A stretch of 20,000 nt of DNA from an uncultured virus (IMG/VR IMGVR_UViG_3300009162_000006) (IMGVR_UViG_3300009162_000006); one strand, 5' to 3'. Positions 7,349 to 16,262 are shown, numbered from the stretch's first letter. Made by a program: numbers and translations. Notes: a model not told the origin generated them from the sequence alone.

Positions 7349-8349
7349 ATGATCTTCTCGAGCCAGGTCTTCGGCGTCCTCTCGTTCACGATCTCGAGCG
7401 GGAGGTAGTAGTCGAACGGGAGCGGTCCGCGCCTGTGAATCCAAGCGACCATCTCGAGCACGATGTCAGCGAGCTGCTTCCTCGTCTCGTAGCCGAGCAT
7501 GCGCCGCGCCTTGTCCGCCGAGCAGAACGCGAACTTGACCTCTTGCGGGCGAGCGTCGACGAACTGCGGCTGGCCTTCGAAGTTCGTAGCCGCCATCACC
7601 AAGTCAGCGAGCTGGCGGATCGTGACGAACTCCTCGTCGGGGCCGATGTTGATGACCTCGCCGACGACGTGCGGGTCGGTCGCCATCCGCACGAGCGGGC
7701 CGAGCGCGTCGGAGATGTGCGAGAAGCAGCGCTTCTGGAAGCCGTCGCCGTAGATGATCGGTGGCTTGCCCTGCAGGCAGCGGTTGATCATGATCGCGAC
7801 GACGTTGCGGTACGGGTCGTCGTAGCGCTGGCCCTGCCCCACGACGTTGTGCGGCACCGCGATCACGTACTCGAGCCCGTGCACGCTCGAGAGGAGCTCG
7901 ACCTCCTTCTCTGCGGCCCACTTCGCGATGCCGTACGGGTCCTCGGGAGCGGGCACGTCGTCCTCGAAGTACGGGACGCGGATCGAGCCGTACCTCGCCA
8001 TCGAGCTGCAAGTGACCAGGCGCTTGACCTTGTTGATGATGCACGCCGTTGCGACCGTGACCGTCGCGCTAAAGACCGAGTTTGTGATTTCGCATGGCGA
8101 GAAGACCGAGAGCCCTTCGTGCGGCGAGGCCGCGCAGTGGTAGACGACGTCGGTGCCGCGCAGGGCGACCACCATGTCATCGAGGTTGGTGCAGTCACCG
8201 TCGAGCAGCGGGACGACGCCCTCGGGGATGTTGTCGCGGTAGCCGCTCGTGAAGTTGTCGCTCGCGCTGACTTCGGCACCCTGCTCTACCCAGTAGCGAG
8301 CGAGGTGGCTGCCGATGAGTCCGGCGACGCCGGTGACGTGCACGCGCAT
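7345..8349 (-). CDS. NAD-dependent NDP-sugar epimerase/dehydratase (extended SDR, GalE-like)
   Basis: VTGVAGLIGSHL nucleotide-binding motif, VYHCAA, CSSMARYG, catalytic YGIAK, IYGDGFQKRCFSHISD, VINIG. Confidence 0.92.
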   Translation of the reverse strand: MRVHVTGVAGLIGSHLARYWVEQGAEVSASDNFTSGYRDNIPEGVVPLLDGDCTNLDDMVVALRGTDVVYHCAASPHEGLSVFSPCEITNSVFSATVTVATACIINKVKRLVTCSSMARYGSIRVPYFEDDVPAPEDPYGIAKWAAEKEVELLSSVHGLEYVIAVPHNVVGQGQRYDDPYRNVVAIMINRCLQGKPPIIYGDGFQKRCFSHISDALGPLVRMATDPHVVGEVINIGPDEEFVTIRQLADLVMAATNFEGQPQFVDARPQEVKFAFCSADKARRMLGYETRKQLADIVLEMVAWIHRRGPLPFDYYLPLEIVNERTPKTWLEKII

Positions 8350-8891
8350 CAGAGTACCTGTAGCAGAGGCGGTCCCACTTTTACACCGACACTGACCGTG
8401 TCAGCAGTCACGTCCGCGTACGTGAAGAATTCAGAGTACTCACAGCTGATCCCGGCCTCCTCGAAGAGGGCGCGCACTCCCTCGGGATAAATCCTCCAGC
8501 AGTCGGGCGCGGGCTCGTGGTGGCGCCAGTCCGCGGGGTTGATGGCGATCATCTTGCCGCCCGTCTTCAGTACGCGGGCGCACTCGATGACGAATCGCCA
8601 GATCTTGCGCGAGTGCTCGAGCACCTGCCCGTGAAATACGATGTCGAAGTCCTCGTCGGGGCAGCCGATCCGGTACTCGTCGCGCATCGGGATTCGACGA
8701 GGGTCGTCACCGGGCACGTTTTGATTTGTCTCGAGGCTCGCGTACGACCAGTCGACCTCGACGCCGGCAGCCACCAAGTGCTTGTAGTACGTGCTCGGCA
8801 CGTTGTCGGGACCGATCTCGAGCACGCGCATCCCGCTCGTGAAATGCGGGATGGCGATCTCTTTGAACCTGTCCTCGGACGTCGGGTGCAT
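8349..8891 (-). CDS. Class I SAM-dependent methyltransferase (Methyltransf_11-like)
   Basis: RVLEIGPD, FDIVFHGQVLEH, ECARVLKTGG, DCWRIYPEG. TGATG coupling at both ends. Confidence 0.85.
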   Translation of the reverse strand: MHPTSEDRFKEIAIPHFTSGMRVLEIGPDNVPSTYYKHLVAAGVEVDWSYASLETNQNVPGDDPRRIPMRDEYRIGCPDEDFDIVFHGQVLEHSRKIWRFVIECARVLKTGGKMIAINPADWRHHEPAPDCWRIYPEGVRALFEEAGISCEYSEFFTYADVTADTVSVGVKVGPPLLQVL

Positions 8892-9145
8892 CACTTCTTT
8901 CCGGGGTCAATGCGCGTGAACTGCTGCACGAGCTTCGTCACGTCGCCGCGAAGCGCTGCTGCGAAGAGCTCGTCGATCTCTTGCACGAGCTCGTTGCGCT
9001 GTCGATTGCAAATCGTGACCTTGTCCGCGGCGGCGAGGCGTATCTCGTCCGGTAGCGACCTATCGTTGCGCGCGTCCTCGGCATGCCAGATCTTCAAGTT
9101 CGCGATCGTGAGCTTGTCGATGAGTGATCCTAGAGTTTCCGCCAT
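8891..9145 (-). CDS. DUF4254-like small helical protein (84 aa)
   Basis: MAETLGSLIDKLTIANLKIWHAED...NRQRNELVQEIDE is the pattern recalled for DUF4254, a family often found near glycan loci. Likely start is ATG 9145. Confidence 0.75.
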   Translation of the reverse strand: MAETLGSLIDKLTIANLKIWHAEDARNDRSLPDEIRLAAADKVTICNRQRNELVQEIDELFAAALRGDVTKLVQQFTRIDPGKK

Positions 9146-9699
9146 ACGGCCCACCAGCAGTAGTCGTCCGCGATGCCGCGGAAGTCGACGAGCTCGAAAC
9201 CGTGCGCGTCGACGAGTTGTTTGAGCTCTTCCGCAGTGTACTCCTTCGTGTGGTCGGTCTTGTAGTCCTTGATCGGGTGGTCGACGTTCGGCGTGTCGAT
9301 CTGGAGCCAGCCACCCGTGTCGAGGACGCAGGCCACTTCTTCGATCGCGAGGTGGGCGTCGTCCACGGTCATGTGCTCGATGACCTGGCCCAGGACGGCG
9401 CCGTCGAAGAACTTGTTCGGAAAATTGCTCAGGTTCCGGACGTCTGCCACGACGTTCTTCACGGTGAGGTTGTCCTTCGAGTATTCGCACCAGCCGGACC
9501 AGCCCCTGTTCTCGATGCCCCACGCGGGCCAACCGACGGAGTCGTCCGAGGCGTTGTCGACGTTGATCACGAAGGAGTTGTCGTGCGGGTAGTAGCGCAT
9601 GAACGCGCCCGAGCCGCAGCCGGCGTTCAGGATCAGCCGGGCGTAAGGGAGCGTCGCGTAGAGCGCGTTGCGTTCACTGTAGAAGCGCTTGTTGCTCAT
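9130..9699 (-). CDS. Class I SAM-dependent methyltransferase
   Basis: ILNAGCGSG motif I, VVADVRNLSNFPNKFFDGAVLGQVIEH, VLDTGGWLQIDTPN, HTKEYTAEEL. ATG 9699 is coupled to the upstream TGA. Confidence 0.88.
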   Translation of the reverse strand: MSNKRFYSERNALYATLPYARLILNAGCGSGAFMRYYPHDNSFVINVDNASDDSVGWPAWGIENRGWSGWCEYSKDNLTVKNVVADVRNLSNFPNKFFDGAVLGQVIEHMTVDDAHLAIEEVACVLDTGGWLQIDTPNVDHPIKDYKTDHTKEYTAEELKQLVDAHGFELVDFRGIADDYCWWAVWRKL

Positions 9700-10421
9700 C
9701 AGGCCACCGGGCACTTGCAGTTGCCGATCTTCGCCTCGGTCACGCAGACCTTCGTCACGCCCATGTGCGTGTACTTGTCGTGCAGGTGGAGGTCGTGCGC
9801 GTCGGGCCAAGGGGGCTCTTCGAGGTAGCCTCCGGCTCGCCAGAAGAGCTCGGAGCTCTGGACGGTGTGAGCCCAGTGCGAGTAGTGGCGCTCGTTCGGG
9901 CGCTCGGAGATCGTGCCGACCGACGGGCAGTTCTCGGCGGAGAGGCGGAGGAAGGACTCCTCAGAGATGGCGGGGTGGGGCCACGTGATCTGGAGCTCGG
10001 ACGGGCGATCATGGGAGAGCCTGAACTCGTTGCCACCGCCGGTCTCGATGATCGCCGGAGACCAGATCGTGTTGGCGGCCCTGCTCCCGTCGATATGCTC
10101 GACGAGGCGCTCCCAGCCCTTGAAGAAGTATGAGTCGTCACCGACCGGGCTCATGACCCAGCCAGTCGTCGCGGCGCGCGCGCCGACGTTCAACCACTCG
10201 TAGAGGCGGCTGCCCCGCCCCTCGATGACGAACGGACCCTCGACGAGTACGAGCTTAGCCTGCCATTTCTCGACGACGTCACGGAGCGTCGGGTCGTCCG
10301 TCACCACGACGGCCTCGTGCTCCACGGTCGAATTCTCGCGGAGCGTTCGCAGCGCGAATTCTAGGAACCCGAGCTCGAGCCTGTGACCGTCGGAGACGAT
10401 CGGCACTGTGATCGTGATCAC
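9699..10421 (-). CDS. Divergent GT-A fold (GT2-like) glycosyltransferase
   Basis: ITITVPI...ALRTLRENSTVEHEAVVVTDD, WLNVGARAATTGWVMSPVGDDSYF (DD motif), FWRAGGY, DAHD. GTG 10421 has an AAGGAGG RBS and GTGA coupling. Confidence 0.75.
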   Translation of the reverse strand: MITITVPIVSDGHRLELGFLEFALRTLRENSTVEHEAVVVTDDPTLRDVVEKWQAKLVLVEGPFVIEGRGSRLYEWLNVGARAATTGWVMSPVGDDSYFFKGWERLVEHIDGSRAANTIWSPAIIETGGGNEFRLSHDRPSELQITWPHPAISEESFLRLSAENCPSVGTISERPNERHYSHWAHTVQSSELFWRAGGYLEEPPWPDAHDLHLHDKYTHMGVTKVCVTEAKIGNCKCPVA

Positions 10422-11431
10422 CCGTACACCTCCTTGACCCACTCGAGCACGCGGCGAGCGCGAGCGACGTTCGTGTGGTGGGCGGCGACGTGGGCGTGCC
10501 CAGCCTCCGCGACTCGTTTTCGTTCATCTTCGTGCTCGCACCACCAAGCGAGCTTCGTTCGGAGATCGTTGCCGTCGCGGTATTTCACGCAGTGGACTTG
10601 GTCGACGAGCGGGTGGTCCTCGATGAGGTCGAGTTCCTCCGTCATGAGCAGCGTGTCGAACTGCGGTATCTCCCAACGCCGCGCCGTGTCCTTGCCGAAG
10701 CCGCGGGGTGCGACCGCGATGCGCGACAGCGCGATGAGTTCACGGTAGCGGCTCCAGCCCCAGTAACCGACCTCGACGCGGGCGTTCGGAAGCGAGCGGA
10801 CGATTTCCTGAGCGACTGCCCGCACCGGGTGCGTGGCACCGACGGCGCAGAGCACGTCGACTTGCTTGTCGCAGCGGGCGTCGACGGACTCGATGGTCGA
10901 GAATTGAAAGGGCTTGAGGGCGAAGGACCACGGCCTTTCGAACCACTGCCTCGTGAGCTCTCGCTTGAGGTAGAGGCGCACGCCGTTTCGTCGGGCGGAG
11001 GTGTAGAAGTCCACGTCCTCGAAATCGTCGGCGTCGTGCATCACGATCCGGTCCGTGCGCATCTCGGGCCGCAGCATGTCGAAGTGGCGGAGTGCTTCGT
11101 AGCGCTGCGATCCCACGATCACGACCTCGAAGGCGTTCGAGCGGAGCAGGTCGAGAACTTCCTCGTGACTGCGTTCTGAGCCGGCGCGCGGTCTGGCGTA
11201 TTCGAACGGAGCGGTGCAGCCGCGCGTTCCCGTGCCGACGAGGCCCCAGTGCAGGGGCTCTCCCTCGCTGTAGCCGCGCGGGTACCCTGAGTAATTGTGG
11301 ACCTCACCGTGGTACGAGCGCTTGAACGGGACGTCGATAACGTTCTCTGCGCCGAGCAACTCGCAGAAGCCGTTGTAGAGGTAGAACTCGCCGAAATCCG
11401 CCTCCGGGTGGTTGAGGAAGAGGACCTTCAC
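10418..11431 (-). CDS. GT-B glycosyltransferase with C-terminal Glyco_trans_1_2 (CgeB-like) domain
   Basis: YRELIALSRIAVAPRGFGKDTARRWEI...HCVKYRDGNDLRTKLAWWCEHEDERKRVAEAGHAHVAAHHTNVARA. GTG 11431 with GTGA coupling. Confidence 0.85.
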   Translation of the reverse strand: MKVLFLNHPEADFGEFYLYNGFCELLGAENVIDVPFKRSYHGEVHNYSGYPRGYSEGEPLHWGLVGTGTRGCTAPFEYARPRAGSERSHEEVLDLLRSNAFEVVIVGSQRYEALRHFDMLRPEMRTDRIVMHDADDFEDVDFYTSARRNGVRLYLKRELTRQWFERPWSFALKPFQFSTIESVDARCDKQVDVLCAVGATHPVRAVAQEIVRSLPNARVEVGYWGWSRYRELIALSRIAVAPRGFGKDTARRWEIPQFDTLLMTEELDLIEDHPLVDQVHCVKYRDGNDLRTKLAWWCEHEDERKRVAEAGHAHVAAHHTNVARARRVLEWVKEVYG

Positions 11432-12036
11432 CTCTTCACCAGCACGGCGTCGTATGAGAAGTTGTTCTTGAGCGTGTCGAACTCGGAGAGCGCGGCGACG
11501 TCGTTGAGCGGGACGAGGACCTGCTCCGCGAACTGCGCGGCGGTCCAGGCGTGCTTGTGGTCCTTGTCGATCGCGAGCACGTCTAGGAATGCCTGGTCGG
11601 GCAGGATCACTCCGAGTACCCCGCCTTGCTTCAGTACGCGGAGCCAATCGCGAAGGATCGAGACGACGTCACCCGGCAGGTGCTCGACGACGTGGTTCGC
11701 GAGCGCGAGGTCGAAGCTGTTGTCCTCGAACGGCAGGCGCTGGTGCGCCGAGAGGGCCATGTGCGGCTTGCACGCGCCGCCGTAGACGGGGTGGTTGTCG
11801 GTCGCGTAGGCGTCCGTCGACAGGCACCATGGCGTGTGCACTCCGCCGGAGCCGAGCTCGAGACCGATGCCGCCATTCTTGCCGCAACGCTCGATGGCCC
11901 ACCATATATTGAACGCGCGCTGCTGGTGACCCGTGATGTTGTCGGGACGCGAGTAGATCAGTCGCTCAGGTTGAAGCGGCCGACGATAGTTGTACTCAGG
12001 GAAGTGTTCGAGCAGGTACTCGTAACCGGTTCGCAT
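11428..12036 (-). CDS. Class I SAM-dependent methyltransferase (Methyltransf_11-like)
   Basis: GLELGSGG, LPFEDNSFDLALANHVVEHL, DWLRVLKQGGVLGVILPD. Confidence 0.9.
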   Translation of the reverse strand: MRTGYEYLLEHFPEYNYRRPLQPERLIYSRPDNITGHQQRAFNIWWAIERCGKNGGIGLELGSGGVHTPWCLSTDAYATDNHPVYGGACKPHMALSAHQRLPFEDNSFDLALANHVVEHLPGDVVSILRDWLRVLKQGGVLGVILPDQAFLDVLAIDKDHKHAWTAAQFAEQVLVPLNDVAALSEFDTLKNNFSYDAVLVKR

Positions 12037-12256
12037 TCGCCACCTTCTTGCACTGCTTCACGATCTCTTCTTCATGCACGTCGTTCAAGTACGAAATGCG
12101 ACACTGCTCGGCGCAGAAGAGTCCGCGCCGGAGACTTGCTCCGCACCAGAGGCACCAACCGACGGACTTCCTGTTGCCGAGCTTGATCGAGCAGAGGTGG
12201 AGCTCAAGCGGCGTCACGTGGGTCTTCCCGCAGATCGCGCAGCGGCTGCCCATCAT
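11996..12256 (-). CDS. Small Cys/His-rich putative zinc-finger protein (86 aa)
   Basis: CAICGKTH...HLC and CLWC-x8-FCAEQC motifs. ATGA coupling at 12256. Confidence 0.6.
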   Translation of the reverse strand: MMGSRCAICGKTHVTPLELHLCSIKLGNRKSVGWCLWCGASLRRGLFCAEQCRISYLNDVHEEEIVKQCKKVANANRLRVPARTLP

Positions 12257-13143
12257 TGGACGGTGAGCTCCCTCTCGCGCGGCTGACCGTCTGGACCGAT
12301 CCACTTCACGATGCGCGGGGGCATCGTGCCGACCATGAATCGCGGGTGCGTGACGTCGAAGTTGCCGCCGAACTCCGCCTCGTACGCGGCGCGGTCGCCT
12401 GACATCTTGTGATGAAGCTCGGGGTTTTCCTTGAACGTGGCACTCCAGAGGTGCCAGACACGCGGCGACGGGATCTGGTAGCTCGGGAGTTTCAAATCAC
12501 GAGCCGCCTTCGTTCCGAACCACGACTCGTTGTAGATCTGTTGCGTGCGCTCGTCGAAGCCGCCGAGCCGGTCGAATACGGAACGACGGAATCCGAAGCC
12601 GCAGCCCAACGCGCACATGACCACTCCCGGAGGCTCGTCGTTGTCCTGGTGGGCACGACTCGGATCCGGATTTCGCGATTGTGGTTCGCGCGGCGTCACG
12701 GGTTGCCCCGCGAGCAGCTGCGGCACGTCGCTGTCGTTGCAGAACAGCGTGTTCCAAGCCGCCGCGCCGCACTCGTTATTCTCTAGGAAGTAGATCAGGT
12801 GCGAGAGCCAATTTGGCAAGAGGAACAAGTCGTCGTTCAAGAGCACGCAGAATTCTGAGTCGACGAAGCGGACGAGGTCGTTCCAGCTCTTTGTGATGCC
12901 CTCGTTCGTGCGGTGGCGAATCAAGTTCGTGTGGTGTTCGATCGCAAGCGAGGCGAGGATGCCAATCTGGTCGCCTCGCGAGGACCCGTCGTCGAGCAGG
13001 GTGATCTCGGTACCTGCGACGGCTCCCCCGACGCGACGCATGCTCTGGAGTAGGTTCGCGACGCGCTGCGCGCCGTTGTAAGTGGAGATGCCGACCGAGA
13101 CGCGAGCTTGTCGAATTGACGGACCGATGATCTCGTACCTCAC
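12253..13143 (-). CDS. GT2 family glycosyltransferase (WbbL/RfbF-like)
   Basis: VSVGISTYNG, LLDDGSS, NEGITKSWN, VLLNDD, GCGFGFRRSVFDRLGGFDE. Probable GTG start at 13143 (GTGA coupling, GGAG upstream). Confidence 0.9.
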   Translation of the reverse strand: MRYEIIGPSIRQARVSVGISTYNGAQRVANLLQSMRRVGGAVAGTEITLLDDGSSRGDQIGILASLAIEHHTNLIRHRTNEGITKSWNDLVRFVDSEFCVLLNDDLFLLPNWLSHLIYFLENNECGAAAWNTLFCNDSDVPQLLAGQPVTPREPQSRNPDPSRAHQDNDEPPGVVMCALGCGFGFRRSVFDRLGGFDERTQQIYNESWFGTKAARDLKLPSYQIPSPRVWHLWSATFKENPELHHKMSGDRAAYEAEFGGNFDVTHPRFMVGTMPPRIVKWIGPDGQPRERELTVQ

Positions 13144-13946
13144 GGCAGTCTCCAGTTCTTCCACTGGCTGTTCCACTCAACGAACTCCTGTCGAGGACGC
13201 TGACCTAGATCAGCCCGCATCTTGTCGAGCGTCATGCCCTCATGCTTCTCCACGAACTTCTCGCGGCTGTCGAGCAGGACCGCGCTCGCGTTGCTGTTCG
13301 CGCCGATCGTCGCGCCGCCCATGTGGTAGACAACAGGGTACTCGGCGATGACGTTGTAGAGGCCGTGCTTGGTGAGCGCGATGCCGAAATCGAGCTCCTC
13401 GTAGAAGCAGAAGTACCGCTCGTCGAATCCGCCGACAGCCACCCAGTCCGAGCGACGGAAAGCGAAGCACGCGCCGCCGGACGACAGCAGCATGCCGGAG
13501 CCGTCGAGAAGGCGGGCCTCGTGGTAGTCGACGTGCGGCCGTCGGGAGCCGTTGTTCGCCGTCACGCCGGTCTCGCAGCGGAGTCCGACCATGCCGACCA
13601 TCGGATTCATGTTCAACGTGAAGACGAGCACGTCGAGCCAGTCGGCGACGACTTCGACGTCGTCGTTCACGAGCACGCAGACGTCGGCGTCAGGGACGTG
13701 TCGCACCAGGCGGTTCCACTGCTTAGGGATGCCGAGCCTCTGCTCGCTCATGAGCATTGGCATGTTGAAACGGTGGCACCAGGTCTTGTTCCACTCGAGG
13801 TTGTGCACGTCGCTCGCGTCATCGCTCACGATGACGTCGACGGAGTAGTCCGAGTCTGAGAAGTTCGTGTACTCCTGGACGGAGATCAGCGCGCGCCGCA
13901 GCCGGTCCGCGCCGTTCAGAGTCGGGATGCCGATCAATATCTTCAC
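13140..13946 (-). CDS. GT2 family glycosyltransferase (WbbL/RfbF-like)
   Basis: ILIGIPTLNG, VSDDAS, LGIPKQWN, VLVNDD, GACFAFRRSDWVAVGGFDERYFCFYEELDF, VYHMGGAT. Confidence 0.92.
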   Translation of the reverse strand: MKILIGIPTLNGADRLRRALISVQEYTNFSDSDYSVDVIVSDDASDVHNLEWNKTWCHRFNMPMLMSEQRLGIPKQWNRLVRHVPDADVCVLVNDDVEVVADWLDVLVFTLNMNPMVGMVGLRCETGVTANNGSRRPHVDYHEARLLDGSGMLLSSGGACFAFRRSDWVAVGGFDERYFCFYEELDFGIALTKHGLYNVIAEYPVVYHMGGATIGANSNASAVLLDSREKFVEKHEGMTLDKMRADLGQRPRQEFVEWNSQWKNWRLP

Positions 13947-15079
13947 GTGAGATTCACTCCTATCCTTCTGAACACGTCGAGGTACTGCTCCGCGACGCGG
14001 CGCATGTTGAGGCGCTCGTAGTCTCGCTGCATGCCGGCGCGGAAGTGGTGGAGCGAGTGCGGGTTCCGGGTGACGCTCGCGACAGTCTCAGCGAAGCCCG
14101 CGATGTCGAGTTGCGGCGTGCGGATGGCCCCTTCCCGAATGTCTGAGGCGTGGTTCGAGCTCGTCACGACGACCGGGCAGCGCGCCGATACGAACGGCTT
14201 GGTCGCCGCCGAGCAGCTCCCTGTGTTCACGGGGTGGTAGACGAAGCCGAGGTCGGACGCGGCTACGCGGTCGAGCAGCTCCCTCGCCGGGATGAATGAC
14301 GACGTCCAGATCGCCTTCGTCGGGTGCATGTCGACGATCGCGGAGAGCTTGTGAGCCTCGGTCCCAGACTCACCGGAGAAGTGTGACGGACAGATCAGCT
14401 GCAGGTGCGCGTTCTCGGGGAGGCGCCCGAGGAGGTGGAGCGCAGTCTCCGGGATCTGCTTCCACGGCGAGAGGAAGCCCACGGTCGTCACCACCGTCGC
14501 GCCCTGTGGCAGCCCGAAGCGCTGGCGAAGCGCCCGTCGCTCTTCATCTGACGGCGGCTCATACACGGGGCAGCCGAGCGGCACCTCGTGGAGCCGCGGG
14601 TCGTGGATGCCGTAGTCGCGGTGCCGGACCATCGCGTGTGCGCGGTTCTGAATGCGACGGTAGAGTGTGTCGTCGAGGTAGTGGAAGCACACGGCGACGT
14701 ATGCCCCGCGCTGCAGGGCGCTCGAGAGGGCGTTGTCGAAATCCGGACCGAGCAGCGACGGCTCGACGTGGAGCAGGAACACCTGACCCGGCGCCGCGTT
14801 CCGGAGTGACGTCAGGTCCGAGAGCGGTATTTCGGTGACACTAACGCCGAGCTCGCGGAGCTGGTCATCGAGCTCGCGCGCGTACTCGCGCACGCCGCAC
14901 TGCTCGTGCGAGCTCGTGTAAACGATCAAGTTCTTGAGTGCCGGCGCGGTGGGCATCGGCGCCGGTCCCTCGGCGACCGGCATGTTGTCCGGCGTCGGCG
15001 CGGGCTTGAACAAGAACCTCCTTCGTCTCGCCACGTAATTCATTCCTGACTTGATACGGTATTGATCAACCTTCGCCAT
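13943..15079 (-). CDS. GT-B (GT4-like) glycosyltransferase
   Basis: CGVREYAREL, LRQRFGLPQGATVVTTVGFLSPWKQI, VAASDLGFVY, SARCPVVVTS, VAEQYLDVF. Confidence 0.82.
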   Translation of the reverse strand: MAKVDQYRIKSGMNYVARRRRFLFKPAPTPDNMPVAEGPAPMPTAPALKNLIVYTSSHEQCGVREYARELDDQLRELGVSVTEIPLSDLTSLRNAAPGQVFLLHVEPSLLGPDFDNALSSALQRGAYVAVCFHYLDDTLYRRIQNRAHAMVRHRDYGIHDPRLHEVPLGCPVYEPPSDEERRALRQRFGLPQGATVVTTVGFLSPWKQIPETALHLLGRLPENAHLQLICPSHFSGESGTEAHKLSAIVDMHPTKAIWTSSFIPARELLDRVAASDLGFVYHPVNTGSCSAATKPFVSARCPVVVTSSNHASDIREGAIRTPQLDIAGFAETVASVTRNPHSLHHFRAGMQRDYERLNMRRVAEQYLDVFRRIGVNLT

Positions 15080-16262
15080 CGAGCACCCACTGTCCGAAAT
15101 CCACGAGGCTAGGCTCCGGTTTCGGCTCCGGCGGCACGCGCTCGACGGTCTGCTCGACCCACTCGCGCAGCTGGTCGCCGACGTTCTCGTGGTGAAAATC
15201 GAACGACATCCGTTCGGGTCGCCGCGTGTCGCCTCGAGCCGTTTGAAGTGCCGAGACTAACTCGTCGAGGTCGTAGTCGGCGAACGTCGAGCCGGGTTCC
15301 CAGCGGTAGCGCGGGTCGCACGGGACGTCACCCGTCGCCGGCACGAGGATGTCGGTCTCAGTCAAAAAGTCCCGCGGCCCGCCGGAGTCGGTCGTCACCA
15401 CGCGCCGGCCGCCGAGCTTCGCCGCGTACGCGGGGAGATCGATGCCCTCGCCCCGCGAGGCCGAGCAGTAGACGTCGGCGTCGGCGTGGAGCGCGACCAT
15501 GTCCCGCGGCGTGAGCCTGCCGCGGATGATGCGGATGTCGCGCGCGAGCTCGTGGGGGCGCCAACCGCGTAGCTCAGGACCGAGCTCCTGCACGATCACG
15601 TCCTCGGGGCTGGTGTACGACTCGTCGCGCCACGGGACGGTGCCCATCTTCAGCGTGAGCTTCGCCTCGCCGGGCCTAAAGGCTCTCAAGAACGCGCGGA
15701 TGAGGTTGTCGGGGGCCTTGCGCGGTTCCCAGCGGCCGACCCAGAGGAAGTGCTTCGGCTCGCGCCGCGGCGGCGGGAGGCCGAGGTGCGGGTCGTCGTC
15801 GAAGTACGGCAAGGGTATCCACGTCACGTTCGTCGCGCCCGCGGCGACGAGGACCTCGTAGTTCGCCCTGCACGGCACCCACACGGCGTCGATCTCGTTG
15901 AGCATCCTCACGGTCGACGTGCCGACCTGCCGGCGCTCGAACATCGTGTAGAACGCGCGCGGCCGGCGGACCTTCGAGAGTGGCTCGAGCGTGAAGCGCG
16001 TGCCCCACTCCCCCGTCAGCGTGCACGAGAAGACGTAGAGGTCGCGTTCCGCGTCGCGCTTGATCAGGTGCCCGACCTCCTCGACGCACTCCGGGTCAGG
16101 TCGCTCGACATTCTCGACCCAGACGTCGGTGAGCATGATCTCGCGCGAGTGGAGCTGCACCGTGAGCCCTGCCGCGTGCATGGCGCGCGCGTAGGCTCGC
16201 GAAGCGATCGACCAGCCGTCGCTGTAGGAGTGCCAGAGTGTCTCGAAGAGGACGACGGTCAC
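15066..16262 (-). CDS. GT4 family glycosyltransferase
   Basis: DAVWVPCRAN, FLWVGRWEPRKAPDNLIRAF, LHADADVYCSASRGEGIDLPAYAAKLGGRRVVTTDSGGPRDF. Probable GTG start at 16262 (GTGA coupling). Confidence 0.9.
   Translation of the reverse strand: MTVVLFETLWHSYSDGWSIASRAYARAMHAAGLTVQLHSREIMLTDVWVENVERPDPECVEEVGHLIKRDAERDLYVFSCTLTGEWGTRFTLEPLSKVRRPRAFYTMFERRQVGTSTVRMLNEIDAVWVPCRANYEVLVAAGATNVTWIPLPYFDDDPHLGLPPPRREPKHFLWVGRWEPRKAPDNLIRAFLRAFRPGEAKLTLKMGTVPWRDESYTSPEDVIVQELGPELRGWRPHELARDIRIIRGRLTPRDMVALHADADVYCSASRGEGIDLPAYAAKLGGRRVVTTDSGGPRDFLTETDILVPATGDVPCDPRYRWEPGSTFADYDLDELVSALQTARGDTRRPERMSFDFHHENVGDQLREWVEQTVERVPPEPKPEPSLVDFGQWVLDGEG

Noticed and set aside
7000..8490. 496-aa plus-strand ORF and similar long antisense or alternate-frame ORFs (5016..6017, 8517..9224, 10475..11179, 16688..17485, 19080..19697)
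   Set aside because: These are R/A/P-rich shadow frames over genes with clear family motifs, as expected at high GC.
7345..16262. Ordinary chromosomal LPS/capsule/EPS locus
   Set aside because: No wzx/wzy/wzz/wza, ABC exporter or priming transferase is present, and the flanks are endolysin/holin and fibre genes. It is not fully excluded without wider context.
8349..16262. DNA hypermodification or restriction-modification cluster
   Set aside because: The methyltransferases lack DPPY/NPPY or PC motifs and look like small-molecule/sugar enzymes. No hydroxymethylase, TET/JBP or nucleotide kinase is in the window. Disfavoured rather than disproved.
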